DNA of 64,000 nucleotides from Rhizophagus irregularis (Eukaryota): NCBI RefSeq assembly GCF_026210795.1, contig NC_089431.1, positions 1,426,001 to 1,490,000 of the forward strand, read 5' to 3'. Shown piece by piece: positions 35,566 to 49,316 of this stretch (position 1 is its first letter; each line of letters starts with the position of its first letter). The notes under the pieces were generated by a model. It saw only the letters and a program-made list of their open reading frames with translations, ran no database searches and was not told where the DNA came from. The position numbers and the translations under genes were made by a program.

Positions 35566-37439
35566 CAGTAATAATAACAGATTCATGAAAGTTTTCTGTA
35601 TAGGAATTATTACTTCAGATTCACCATTCTGCTTAATCAGCTAGTAATCTATCAACAGCTCTTAACATTAAGGAGGAAATAATACTTTGAGTCAAATTGT
35701 CTAGCTATAATGTATTACTAATGTATATATTAGAATTAGGTCAGATCCCTTTTAGATTTTGCCTTCTTATTGCCAGATTTTTTCTTTATATATATTATTT
35801 TACCTGGGTTCACTTTATGAATCTTCTTTTCTGGTGGCACATAATCCGCATCAAATTCTTCAACTCAGATAAACTGGACTCAGATGAACTATTTATGGAT
35901 TTTTTACTACAATTGCAATGCCCTATAGCAAGTAATTTATCCACATTATCCTTTAGCCAATCCATATGTTCTTCTATACATTTTTCTAGTCAATTAACTT
36001 TCTTTTTAAGCTTTTTTATATTGGAAATAATAATCATCCAGTCTTTTCTCTAGCACCTTAATTTGCCCCAAAAGTGCACTATATACTTCTGCATTTTGCT
36101 TGTCTAGCCCAACTAACTTGGTTAATTTCTCTGTATACCTGATAACTTCCTACTTGTAAGATATACTATCAGATAAATACTTTTGATCAGTTACTATTTT
36201 CATAAAATTTTATATATGAAATATCTTGCTTTAAATGAAAAATTAAAAATTTAATAAACAATATCTGCTAATGCTAAAGTATTATCCATCTATATGATTA
36301 ATTTTTATTAAAGAGTTTGAATAACTTTTCCTAATTGAATAGACATATAAATATTATCAAGATTAATTTCTTTTTTCTTTTATTTTTACCTAATCCTCTA
36401 ATCTTTTCAAACAATTGCAAGAAGGTGAGTTGTTTATTATACTATAGTGTTTTACTAATACAACTTGGTCTATTACTTATCTACAAGCCAATTTTTGCAA
36501 ATATTGATGATAAAAATTATTTTTACTTTTATAAATCCTACTAGTATAGTCCATACCTATTACCTTTAATTTGCATGAAGTAATTTTATATTTGGCTATA
36601 ATAATATTATTATTCTGGAATATATTAATTATTAGATTATGATGTTTTAGTATATATTAATTAAAAGACTATAATGTATTAGAACATTAATCTGATCCAA
36701 ATGGAATATATTAATGTATTAATATCACTATATTAGTTATTATATTTTAAAGAATTACATTTTATATTTATAATCTTTTAATTTCAAATAATTATTTTTT
36801 TTTTATTTTTTATTTTTATTATAACAAAAATTTTTGATTTATTATTTTTTAAATAATATTATATATATTTTTTTTCATTTAAACAATTGATTTCTTTTAA
36901 TTTAATTTAATAAAAATTTTTTTAAAAAAAATCTTTTTTTTAAAATCTAAAATTTAATATATTTAAAAAAATATATTTTAAAAATATTTTAAATTTAATA
37001 AATATAAATTATTTATTTATTACCAATTAGCAAATAATTTAACTGTATTTACTGTATTCAGAGATTTTATATTTATAAAAAAAATACATATTTTATGAGT
37101 TATTAATATACAAATAAATCTATTTTATTTTTAAATACTATTTTTTTTAATTAACTTTATTTAATTTTTAAAAAGTATTTAATGAATAGGTATTTGAAAG
37201 TAAGACATTAGTATATTAATGATTATTTATCTATTTTTATTGTATTTTAAAAGTAATTATATAATATAATAATTTTATAAATTATAAATAAATTATTAAA
37301 TAATATAAAATAAAGTATTTTTAATCAATTTTCTATTATGAAAATATTGAATTACAAACAAATCAAGTATAATGAACTGAATTAGTCAAATAATAAATTA
37401 TTTTTTATTGTTAAAATAAATCTCATTATGTGGACATCC

Positions 37440-39443
37440 ATTTTTTACAATAACAATTGTGAAACAAATCCTTAACAGTCTAGTCATTTATTTTTTTTTG
37501 GAAATTTCATGAATGCTACACAGTTTGCATCAATATGCTCTAGTATTTGAATAAATAGTTAAATTGCCCAACCATTGAGTCTTCTTTGTGGAAGTTCGTA
37601 TTTTATCCAATCCAAAAAGCTGTAAAGATCTCTATTGATTTGAAAAAGCATGTAAAACCTAATCCTCATATAAATTTCATATAAAGATCAGCGCCATCGT
37701 GATTTCTGGTAGCTCACACTGCTCGATAATTGATTTTCTAGTTCTATATGTTGGGCCCTAGAGACTTTAATCACGTCGACGAGGTTTGTTTTAGCCTTGT
37801 CGTGATTACAATGTCGCCCTCTCGACACAAACTCTACAAATCACATACGTTGAGTCCAAGAACGGTCTGGTTTGTCCTCACGATCAGCGTCAGAATGATT
37901 TTCGCTGCTAAAGAAAAATGATGCTTAATATAACGGATAAAGCGGTCAAAAACAAACTGAAATTATGTGAATATAATTTGTAGGTTGTGGCATAAGTCCG
38001 ACTAGAAACATATCTGCAGTTCTTTCGGATGGGGATCTTCCAAAAAACGTTTAATCTATGTATAACTATTATAATACCATGTTAAATTTATAACGAATGT
38101 AAACGACTAAATCATCATGAATACGGATGGGAACTTACGTGTCCTCAACACATTTCATTCTTTCGCAAGAAGTCTAAGGCCAACAATTTCTAATAGTTTA
38201 AAAAAGATTGCTGATTTACCGATATTTTTCTTTTCTTCTTGAATGGCACTTTTGACATACCCATCAAACGATCGATCTCACCAGCAGAGAAGAATTTCTT
38301 AGCACGAGGGAGGTTTGGACTTGGAAATATGTTCTCCTCGCAGGAATCTAGAACACATCACCAGAGTGGGCTACAACAAATAAAAAGTGGCAAATAACGA
38401 ATAGACAGGCGAATAAGTAAAAATTAACTTACTCTGCGTGTGCGGATTCATCATCTTCTGACGGCATAAACGGCAATAATATATTCATCAAATGTGACAT
38501 CAGCCGTACAAAGCCATATTAACTATGAGACAAATTAGACATATAATTAGCCCTAGCCTGACCTTTTTGTTGGGATCCGATGTATATAAATTAGAATTTT
38601 TAGTTGAGAAGGAAAAATAAAATTACTACATAAAAAAAAATATATAAATAAAACCAATTTTAATACTTACGTAATTTCTCTTTCCTTTTACAAATAAATG
38701 ACTTTAATTTATAAGATAAAAGCGTTCCTCATTTTTTTGAATCCTTAATGGAATCATCTATCATGTTGCCAATGTATCTTAACTATTTTACAAACAAAGT
38801 TCTCTACTTATATAAACAACCACAAAACGTGATCTACGGGCCGATTCTTTTTCGATCTTGTCTTCTTAGCTTTTTTTCAATACTCTGAGAAGTTTTCTCC
38901 CTCTTTAGTTAAAAGAAAACGCTATTAGTATAAGATCGAATAATATTTTTTTAATTATTTTACGCGGTTGAGATGGACCATAACATAGCACGAAGCCTGA
39001 CAATCAGTTAGGATGAGCCAAACCTGTTGCGTTATGACAACTAACACGTAGTGTATTCAAGTGCGCTAAAGGAAGTCGAACTCCACTTTCACTCGCCAGA
39101 GCGAATCCAGCGGGCTACTCGGGTTGTCAATATGTCACAATGTCCTAAGACTGGAACGTATTTTATCTCTTGAACCCAACTATTAATTGCAGTATTGCAT
39201 ATCTCATATATTTTAACTTAAAATTGAGGAGCATGATTGAACTCGTTCATCAGAAGTCATAGTCAACGCGCTCTTGTACAACATATGTTCCTTATCTTTT
39301 TCATACGTAAAATACTTCTTTCAGTAATTAAGGAACTTAAGTAGCGACCAAGTATCATTTCTGTTGAAAACTCTTCGATAACTTCTTGCATTTGCAGTTT
39401 TTCCTTTTTTTCCGTTGTAACAGAAGACGCTGATATTACCATG
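37440..39443 (-). pseudogene. Decayed intron-containing gene of unknown family
   Basis: Minus-strand MVISASSV..DTWSLLKFLNY*..EKDKEHMLYKSAL, GTAAGT donors near 38670 and 38138, broken frames; related fragment at ~40320-40500. Boundaries approximate. Confidence 0.35.
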
Positions 39444-42400
39444 TTTGTTAGACAAAAAAAGAGAGTAGTGACGTTCTTAAAGTAAAGAAAATTCCCCCTC
39501 CTCTCTTCCCACTTTTCTAACGTTTCGTCGTTTCCGAAGCGTCTTAAGGGTTCATAAATAAAAAAAAAAAGAAATGGAGTGTTAGTATTGTTTACTAACG
39601 TTCCTACTTAAAAAAAAATTCCCCTTCCTTCCGAATTTACGTTCCGGAAAGTCCAAGCGGTCCCCAAAACCTAATGTCTAAGTAAAAGAAAAAGAGAACG
39701 AATAAACGAAATGTAATTAAAAACTTACCACGTTCCAAAATTAAAAAAAAAATAGTTTTTTTTTAAAAAATTATATACATATTTTTTTTATTTTTATTTT
39801 TACTTTTTTTTGTCGATTTTAATTTTATTTTTGACGCGAACAAAAATAGGTAACGGGAACCGTAACGAAGGACTTTCAAGACATACAATATCCGTCTGTC
39901 ACACGTCAAATTTTTTTTTGTCTTTTTAATATTTAGAAAAAAAAATCTCAAGTTTTAAAATGCATTTAATTAGGATTCAAAAAAATATTAAAATTTAAAT
40001 ACAACACAACTCTTTTTCGAAAAAAAATACTAAAGAAAAAAAATTTTTTGTACCCGAGAGTAAATACTTATTATTGTCATAAATTGTTTGGGATACTTAA
40101 AATACTTATGCAGAATTTTGAAAGAAAATAATTCAAGGAATAGATGGTTTATGATCATGTGATTAACCACTTCGGACATCGGGCAATATAAGTAAAATTT
40201 TAATACATAATTTAACTTTATATGTCTCATCAGTTATCTGTTATCTGTTATATATAACTGACTCGGTTGACTCGACTCAAGTTCACTTGTTTGTAGGATA
40301 ATTCGACTCGTTAATCAATATATGTAAGGCTCTTTTGTACAAACTACAAAGCCATGTTCCTTTCCCTTATCATGCACAAAATCGTTAGTTTGTGTTCTAA
40401 ATTTCAAAACTTAAGCAACGACCAGATTGTGTTTTTTCTGAACTTTTCTTTTCTCTTGTTTCCTGAGCTGCAATGATGATTCGTCTGACGGAAATAATTG
40501 AACAAACAAAGGTTAGATTGTCACACGGTCGATGCATATTTTGAGTAGTATTAAGAACGTAATTTTTGCTTTATAGAGTGAACTTTATTTACAATTTTAC
40601 AATGTTATGATAATCGAACAGAAATTCATCGGAATAAGCAAAATTACTGTATATTTATTTAGCTAAACCTTTTTTCTTGATAATTTGGAAATTTAAGACT
40701 AAATCAAATTGAAATAATTTTAATGATTTTAAAGTTACGCCCCGCACCGCTTACGGAAAATCCCGACTAAATAAAACTTTCCCATTGTTATCTTATCCCG
40801 CACGGACTTTATTTGCGTCTTACAACCTCCGCAAACTAGAATAAAAACTATTTTATTGTTCTTGAAACGAATATGCATTCTTATGCAACTATGCATAAAC
40901 TACATTTTTATAAAAAATTGTGATTGGACAATTGAATGAATTCTTAATAACTGATTCTGACTTCCTTTAAAGGACGCTTACGTATCAAACACTAGAATGA
41001 CATATAGAATTGTTTTCATATATTGCGAGGAATTAATTGATTTCTTGTGGAAATAATAACGTAGACTTATTTTGTGACAGGCACGAATTTTACATTCATT
41101 CCAAAATGGGTTCTTTTGCCGATCGCTCTTTAATAATAAGCGAAAAGTGCAAAAGTTCTTTTTTTATAAAATTCCAATCTTAGTTTTCCGTATGTATCCA
41201 TAAAAATTTTAAGTGGGAAAGGTATTCCGAATCTAACTGTTCATACAAATAAATGTTGTAATTAAGAAAAATATACTGCTAGAATTAGAATAGTGTACCA
41301 TTATGTACAACCATATTATAAATTTTCTTTTTTCATTTACATAAAATTTTCGTGCTTACATAATGTACCACATTTGTTAAAAAAATTCTCAACTAATTTA
41401 GATTCCAAACCTTTACATAATTATTTTCGGAATTTTTCGCATAACAACAAAAAAAAATTTTTTTTTGCTTTTCATTTTTATGATTGTGAACTTTTTTTAA
41501 TTGATCACAAAATGACACTTTGAAATTTTACATTCTTCCCAAGCTTGATTCTTTTAGGTTATAATAATATATAACCGATGACCACTCTTTTTATTATGAA
41601 GTAACACGAAATGTCCATTCAATCCATCATTGATAAAGATTATTTGTAATTAAAAATTAGCCATGGGAAATTTCGGAATTTTTTGGCGTTAAATTTTTTT
41701 ATGCAAGCGAAATGTGAAACGCTATGTTAGTCATGAGGCCACTCTTTAAATAGTATAATGTGATAATGTGATGATTTTCTATAAACCTAAAATTTTGGCC
41801 TAGAAGTATTAAGGAGTCCTTGTCTCCTTGATTGTTTATTTTTTCTTTTCGTGATTTGTCGTATCTCGGAAAGATTTTAATTGAATTTATCGGAATTTGT
41901 AGGAATTCTTTTAATGATAATACTGCCTTTTTTTTTAAAAAAAAAAAATCTATTTTATCACTTATCCGAAAATTTCCAATTATAAGTATTGATCCCCCTT
42001 TATTTTTTAAAGTTATCTACGATTTGTACAGATTTAATATATTATTAACAAGGGTGGTATAATAGAAGAAATATGTTGTGTAAAATAAGAATAATATAAA
42101 AAAAATATTTATTTTATAATTTGATAAAAAATTAGATGAAGATAAATCTAGAACTCGGGATAAATTGATTTATCTCTTCGATTCTCTACGGAATTTGTAG
42201 AACGTAACTAATCCGAAATAAACATTTGATTAACTTTTGTAAGTAAAATTCTACTGATCGTCTATTAAGTCAAAAAAAATCATTTTTTTATCAGAGGAAT
42301 CCTTTTTAATATGCGTTTATATTGAAATGAGAGACTTAAACTTATGTGTTGACGAATTCCCCGTATTCATCCGGTAAATATCGGAACAAAATATTTTCTA

Positions 42401-43868
42401 TATTGGGTTTAGCTTCTATTTTATTATTTCCGGATCTTAAAAAAAAAAATATAAAAAAAAAATATTTGATAGGTAATTGGGATCAGTGACACAAGATAAC
42501 TGTATGTTATGTTCTTTTCTTTTATTTGTTAGATAACGTTTAGAACTGCTCTTGAGGAGCCGCGAAACTTATTAATCATGTGGTAATATTTGGATCAAAT
42601 GACACGTATTCGCGAAGTGAATAATAATGCTAATGCTTTTCATATTGTCTACTAGTAAGAGAGAGAGAAAGCTAAAATATAATTGGTTATAAATATTTTA
42701 ATTTAGTTATTATCATAATTTATATTATATGAAATAATATAAATATCAACCCGATTCGCGAATTCCTCTAATAAAAAAAACCAAAATAAAAAATAAAAAA
42801 AATGAATAGAAGAAGATTGAGAAGACTTTTGTTTGCTCAAAGACGTTCCCGTCTTAATCCTTACAATTATAACGCTTTATTTTTACATCTTCCTCCACAA
42901 AATATCAGTTATAATAATGATCTTTTTATGAAGCAACTATTCAATGGTTCTTCTTTTTATTAAAATTGGATACAAATAATATTCAAATGAGTTACCCAGT
43001 ATTTTTATTAAACACGTAGAAATTTATATACCGTATTTATAACTCTTCATAACTGTTATTCGTTATCAAATTCGCTATAAAAAAGGGCCGGTGTCCTTTT
43101 GTCACTATTTGAATATAATTTTGAGACGCCTGGTGGATCTAAATTTTTAAATATTTGATGATTAGTTATAAAAACAATAACAAGAGTTTCTAATATTTAT
43201 AATTATGATTCAAAATTTAGTATTTTAGAATTAATATTTTTCTTTCTATGATAATGCTAATTATGATTAAGAATGTTTTAATAAATTTCTAAGGTATATG
43301 TTTTAATGCTATGAATTATTTAAACTCTTTTATTTAAACTCTTTTTTATGAAAAATATCACTGATTCCTTTGGCGTAGTGTATAATGTATTGCTATATTT
43401 GATCTTAAATAAGTTAGATCCAATTAAGAATATGGTGATGTAATTTAATTTTAAATAAAGAAAATGATCTCCTTAGGATTTAGCTGTGCCATTGTGGCAA
43501 AGTATCTTTTTTTTAGAATTTTTGTAATTGTCATAATGAATAATTAAAAAAGTGTAACACTATGTGTAAATATTTCCATAAATCAACAACTGCGCCATGC
43601 GTCTCCTCATGATTTGCTGAGTAATTTAATTGCTTCAAATGACACAATAACTATTGTAGCAATTATCCGTGTGTATAATTAAAACAATGACCGCGAATTT
43701 GATCTAAATATATTTCAAATCTTTTTTTTTTATTTCAAAAAATTTTTTTTTATCTTTACTTTCTTTCTTTCTTATTCTTTCTTACCTTTTTTTCTCTTTT
43801 TTCTCCTATTTACTGTGAAATATATTGTGAGAAAAAATTTGTTGTGCTTTTGTGCGATAAAAAAAAAA

Positions 43869-46800
43869 ATGAGATCCAATCCCACAGCCACTTTATCCGC
43901 AAACGATTGCCCTTATACCACAACCTTAACATCCTCATCCTCATCCATAAATGAAGAATTTACTCAAGTTACGCACGATGGAATTCTCTTATTATTACGT
44001 TCGCGTAAAGAATCCACTGATAAACAATCTGCCGAAGAATTCTTTAATAAAGCCCTCGCTTATTTGTTATCATTATATCATAATAATCCTAATGAATGTC
44101 ATTGGTTTTGTAATGAAGAACTAAGTGACATCGCTACGGAGTTATTGTTTCTTTTTGGTCTTCAAAATCCTGATGTGCACGTTGAAGAATTCAAAACTGT
44201 ACTAAAAGAAATGTTGAGAAAATGTCTTAAATGTGTAAAGAATTATATACCAAATAAGAAAGATTTATATGAAAGGTACGATTGTGATCGTTTAATTTCT
44301 ATAGATAATTATTATTATTTATATAAAATAATTATTCCTTTTATTTCTCTTTAGATATAAAGTTAATTATGACGATAAAGAAAATGTAGATGTTTTGTTT
44401 AGTTTAATTCAATCATGGGATGAAGAACGTGTATTAGGAACATTATTTTTCTTAAAACTTCAATTAAATCTAAATAAAGAAATATCTAATGATGATTTAG
44501 TTGTTGTATTTGAAATATTCTTTAACTTATCTTTATTTCAAAATTATGATATCAATGCTATGTTTTCAGAATTGATTTCAAAATTATCACAAAGTTTTAT
44601 TCAATCATTGGCGGAAGAATTTCCTCCAGGTCTGTTTCTAGCTTCTGTACACGAAAGTGATGATGTTAGAAAAATTGCTTGGAAATGTTTACAAATAACT
44701 TTGAAAGATTCAAATTTAAATTCAAATTTGAAAATTCATGAATATTATCAACTATTCAAGAAACTTTTAGATTATTATCTTTATAATAATTTGAGAAAAT
44801 CAACTTTTGATTATCCTATAGTAAAAAAAGAAGGATTGTATTTAACTGGAATCACAAAGATCATTTGTATCCTGAATTCTGAAATACTTCATAATATATT
44901 AAATGAGGATGAAAATTTTGATATGTCAAAATTATTAAGAGAAAAATTTATCAATAATAAAAGTGAAAGTACATTTGTAGAGATTGTTAGATTTTTACGT
45001 GCATTTTTATGTAAATTAAAACATCACTTTTGGTTTAATTCAGAAGAATCTTCACCATTAATGCTTTTGAAAAGTATAATAAATGTAACTGATAATCAGA
45101 TCTTTTATAATGTGATGGAATCAACAAAATCTGAACCAACAAAAAAAGTTGTATTCGATTTGTTCCCTGCTATTATAGATTCTTTGCGTGATTATGATGA
45201 TGAAGAATACGATATTTTTATTAATGTTATGTTGGGTAATTTACTATGTATATTTCAACAAAGTGATAGGAATGAGGATTTTTCTTTAAGATCATTGAAG
45301 ATGGCTTTAAAGATAATAGAAGATAATAATTATTCATTTCATTCTAAATTGTATTATAAATTTCAAAATGCGATTAATGATAGATATGGAATATTTCATA
45401 AAAATCCTTCAGGAACGGAACGAGAAAAAATTATTAACGAAATTTCAAAGTATGGAAATGAAGTTATCCAGGATGAAAATGATGATCAAATCAGTGAATC
45501 TGAACCAAATCCAATAATAATAGAATCCGTACCAAAAAAAAGAACTCTAGAAAATCCAATTTCACTTAATTCGCTGACAACAAATACTCCATCTATTACT
45601 TCTAATGACTCATCTGAATTAACGACTACTGAGACTACAAAGACTACTGAGGGATCATCTGAAAAACAACCGTCATTAAATATGATGCGAAGGAAACCTA
45701 TTTCTTGGAATCAATCAAAAGCACCTAATAGTCGAAAGGAACAAAGTAAAATCAGTAAATTGCACGAGTCATTCTTAAAAGAACAAAAAGAGAAATTTGA
45801 AATGTTTAAGAGAGCTAAAGAGGAAAATGAAAAGTATGCTAAGATTGACGAAAAGCGTCGTAAACTCCGAGAGATCGAAATAGTTGATTCGGAAATTTCA
45901 CAAAAATCTTTATCAAGATCAGTTACACCCCAAGCTGTTTCATCAACATCAGATAATGAAAGTGCAGAAAGTGTCAATCCTAGAAAATCGAAAAGGATAA
46001 AAATAGATGACGGTAAAAACTCGAATAATTCTAATAATTCAAGATTGCGAAAGTATATTCCACCACCACAGAAGCCAAGAAAAACAAAGTTGCTTGATAT
46101 GAGGGAAGTAATTAAACATCAAGAATCATCATTTCAACAGCGAGCAGTCGCCAACAAACGTAGAAGAGAAAATATAGAAAAGAGGTTGAAACCAAATATA
46201 AATAATCTCTTCAAGAAAGTATTATCATGGGGTTTGAAATCAAAAGGAGAACTTCCACCAAATACTTTAAGAGATCAATACCATCAAATTCCAGACACAT
46301 TCGAAAGTGTCGAACAATATATCAAAATTTTCGAGCCATTATTGATCTTGGAATGTTGGCAAAGTTTCGTGCAATCGAAAGACGATTTAGATATGGATAA
46401 TGATAAATATGATAAATTGATAATTGAAGGTATAGCTTCCATTGATGATTTTCAAGAATTATCGTGTAGGATGAATTTGGATAAGATGAGAAATATCGCT
46501 GATAGTGATTTAGTAATTGTAGTACAGAATATTCCAAACAAAGACTCAGCTAAAATGTTTTTGGCTATTGTGAAAAGTTGCACGAACCATGATCATGTTA
46601 CATTATTATGTTATTTACAAAATGAAGATATGAGTATTAGGAGCGAGTTAAGGCCAGAAACAAGTTGGTTGGTATATAGAATCATGAGTCTAACACCACC
46701 TAAACGAGAATATGCCGCTTTAATTGGATTGCCACACTTTCAATACAAAGATATGATCTTAAACCCGAAAGGGCAAATTTATAGTCCAATTCCTGAAAAT

Positions 46801-48509
46801 GAATTAGTCGAATATATGACAAACTTTCACATTAATCAATCCCAAGCGGAGGCTGTTCACAAGGTCATACAACAGAAAAATGGCTTTTCGTTAATACAAG
46901 GTCCTCCGGGTACCGGCAAGACATCGACAATCCTTTCGATCATAAGTTCTCTTAGAGGTGTATCTAATCAATATAAACATAGAATTTTAGCATGCGCACC
47001 CAGTAATGCAGCGGTGGATGAATTGGAAAGGAGGCTTCGACAAGGAATTTACAATTCTTGTGGTGATATCGTTCATTTGAACATTGTAAGATTTGGTAAA
47101 TTAGACAGTTCAGATAAAGATCCTAATTCACCCGAAGGTGAACAAAAGTTAAAATTGGATCGATTGGAAAAAAAATTAAAAGGTTTAAATAAAAGACGTC
47201 AAGAAGCACGAAGTGGATGGGATCGAAGTACGATAGATGCGGAAATTGATCAAACTAAGGATGAAATAGGGAAAACTTATGAAACTTTGAGAAATTTGAA
47301 AGCAGAACAACAAAGTGTTAATTACATGGCAAAACGTGGAAATATTAGTAATGCCGATTTGTTCGAAGCCGATGTTGTCTGTGCGACATTGGCAGGAAGC
47401 GGACACGAGACATTTGCAAATATTGGCATACAATTTTCTACGGTTATAATTGATGAAGCCGCCCAAGCGATAGAATTAAATACATTAATACCTCTCAAAT
47501 ACAACGCAAGCAGGATTGTTTTGGTTGGAGATCCTAACCAATTGCCGCCTACGGTATTATCTCAAATTGCTACAGATTATTCATACGAACAAAGCTTATT
47601 TGTTCGATTTCAAAGATGTTTTCCGAGTGCTATTCACTTGTTAGATACACAATATCGAATGCATCCCGAAATTAGCAGATTTCCAAGTCGTTTGTTTTAT
47701 AACAATGCATTATTAGATGCACCTGATTTAGAAAGAAAAAAATCGCAAGTATGGCATAGTATGCATATCTTTGGACCGTATAGGTTTTTTGATGTTGAAG
47801 GCAAAATGATTAAAGATAAGAAGAAGTCTTCGTATAATACTGATGAGGCTTATGTAGCCGTAAAATTATTTTTAACTTTAATCAAAAAATTCCAAGATGT
47901 TGATGTAAGTATTTATATATACATTGAAAAAATGACAAATAGAGATAGTATCTCATATTGCGCAAAATATTTTTTTTTTTTTAGTTCAAAGATAAAGTCG
48001 GTATTATTACTCCGTACAAAAGGCAATTGATTGAACTCAGGGCAAAATTTAAACAAAGGGTTCCTGAGTCTTATTACAATAAGATAGAATTCAATACCGT
48101 AGTAAGTAATTATTTGGATGATAATTTATTTTATTTATCAAACTAATTTTTTTGGTTGATATTTCAGGATGGATTTCAAGGGCGGGAAAAAGATATAATA
48201 ATATTTTCCTGTGTTCGAGTTGGAGAAGATAAAGGGATTGGGTTCCTCAAAGATATTCGTCGCATGAACGTAGCCCTAACTAGAGCTAAATGTTCATTGT
48301 TTATCCTTGGAAATAGAGCGGCATTAGATACTAATTCTCAGTGGAAAGGATTGATTAAGGATGCAATACAACGAGGCTTTTATACTGATGTAAGTGTTAA
48401 ACTGTCCCTTTTTTTAGTTAAACATTTCTTATATTAACTCATTTATTTGGGGATACTTCTTTTTTTTCATCAGTGTTCTGATTTAACATTTGAGAGAGGA
48501 CTTTTATAA
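43869..48509 (+). CDS. SEN1: Sen1/senataxin-like SF1 (Upf1-like) helicase, ~1443 aa; exons 43869-44275, 44355-47904, 47985-48101, 48168-48389, 48474-48509
   Basis: N-terminal HWFC typical of Sen1; LIQGPPGTGKT, CAPSNAAVDE, IIDEAAQ, LVGDPNQLPPT, QYRMHPEI, GIITPY, TVDGFQGREKD, RRMNVALTRAK; GT-AG introns keep the frame. Confidence 0.9.
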
Positions 48510-49316
48510 GAGAATGTCTAGTATGTATAATTGTTTTGTGGGCATTGACATATAATTAACATATTTTAATATAATAGATAATATAATAATTTCTTGTAAT
48601 TGTGGACCACAAAATAAATTTGGATAATAATAGTTTAATAACAAAAAAAAAACAATTATTTAATTATTTATTACATATATCTTTATTACTACTACTATTT
48701 TTTAAATTATGGATAACATTTTATATAAGTTTATCACATGACTTTTGGCCAATCAGTAATTAGGATGCTAGAAGCAATTCAATATTGAAAGTATTAGAAA
48801 TCATTTCAAAATCTAAGTAATCGTTTAGAGATGAATTTATTATTAAATATTAATAGGCCAATTTAGACGAGAGAATTTGTGAAGTTAAATCATTAAAACC
48901 ATGAGTCTTGATATATCTGTTATATCTGCAAGATAGATTTTAGGATTCTAAAGAAAAGAACGGACTTTTATTTTAGATAAAAATATTTATTTAATTTAAC
49001 CAAATGTTGCATTAAGCCTTATGTATTTATATATAAATATTGAAAAATAAAACATCATCTTACCCTATGTTATTGTTATCATCAATAACCTGCTAAATAA
49101 CTTGTCAGTTGTGTATAATATTCTCATTTTAAAATGCTAAATATGTAATTTGTTATAATGGACTTCGATGCAACTACCAGGATTTGGATTACCTAATATA
49201 GCAAATTCAATTTATTCCATTGATCGTAAAAAAAACTATAAATTTTTCCATTACACTGCTTAAACAATCTTGTTTGCGTTTGTTTAACGAGTATCTATCT
49301 ATTTCAGTCAGAAAGT

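Noticed and set aside
35697..36053. 118-aa ORF
   Set aside because: Non-ATG start and no motif, inside a CpG-depleted repeat relic.
47840..47865. Hammerhead-like CTGATGA-GGCT-loop-AGCC
   Set aside because: Followed by GTAAA rather than GAAA, no stems I/III, and it lies in Sen1 coding sequence.
7731..48509. Mucorales-type sex locus (HMG gene next to an RNA helicase)
   Set aside because: The helicase is SF1 Sen1, 35 kb away, there is no triose-phosphate transporter, and MATA-HMG genes are numerous in AM fungi.
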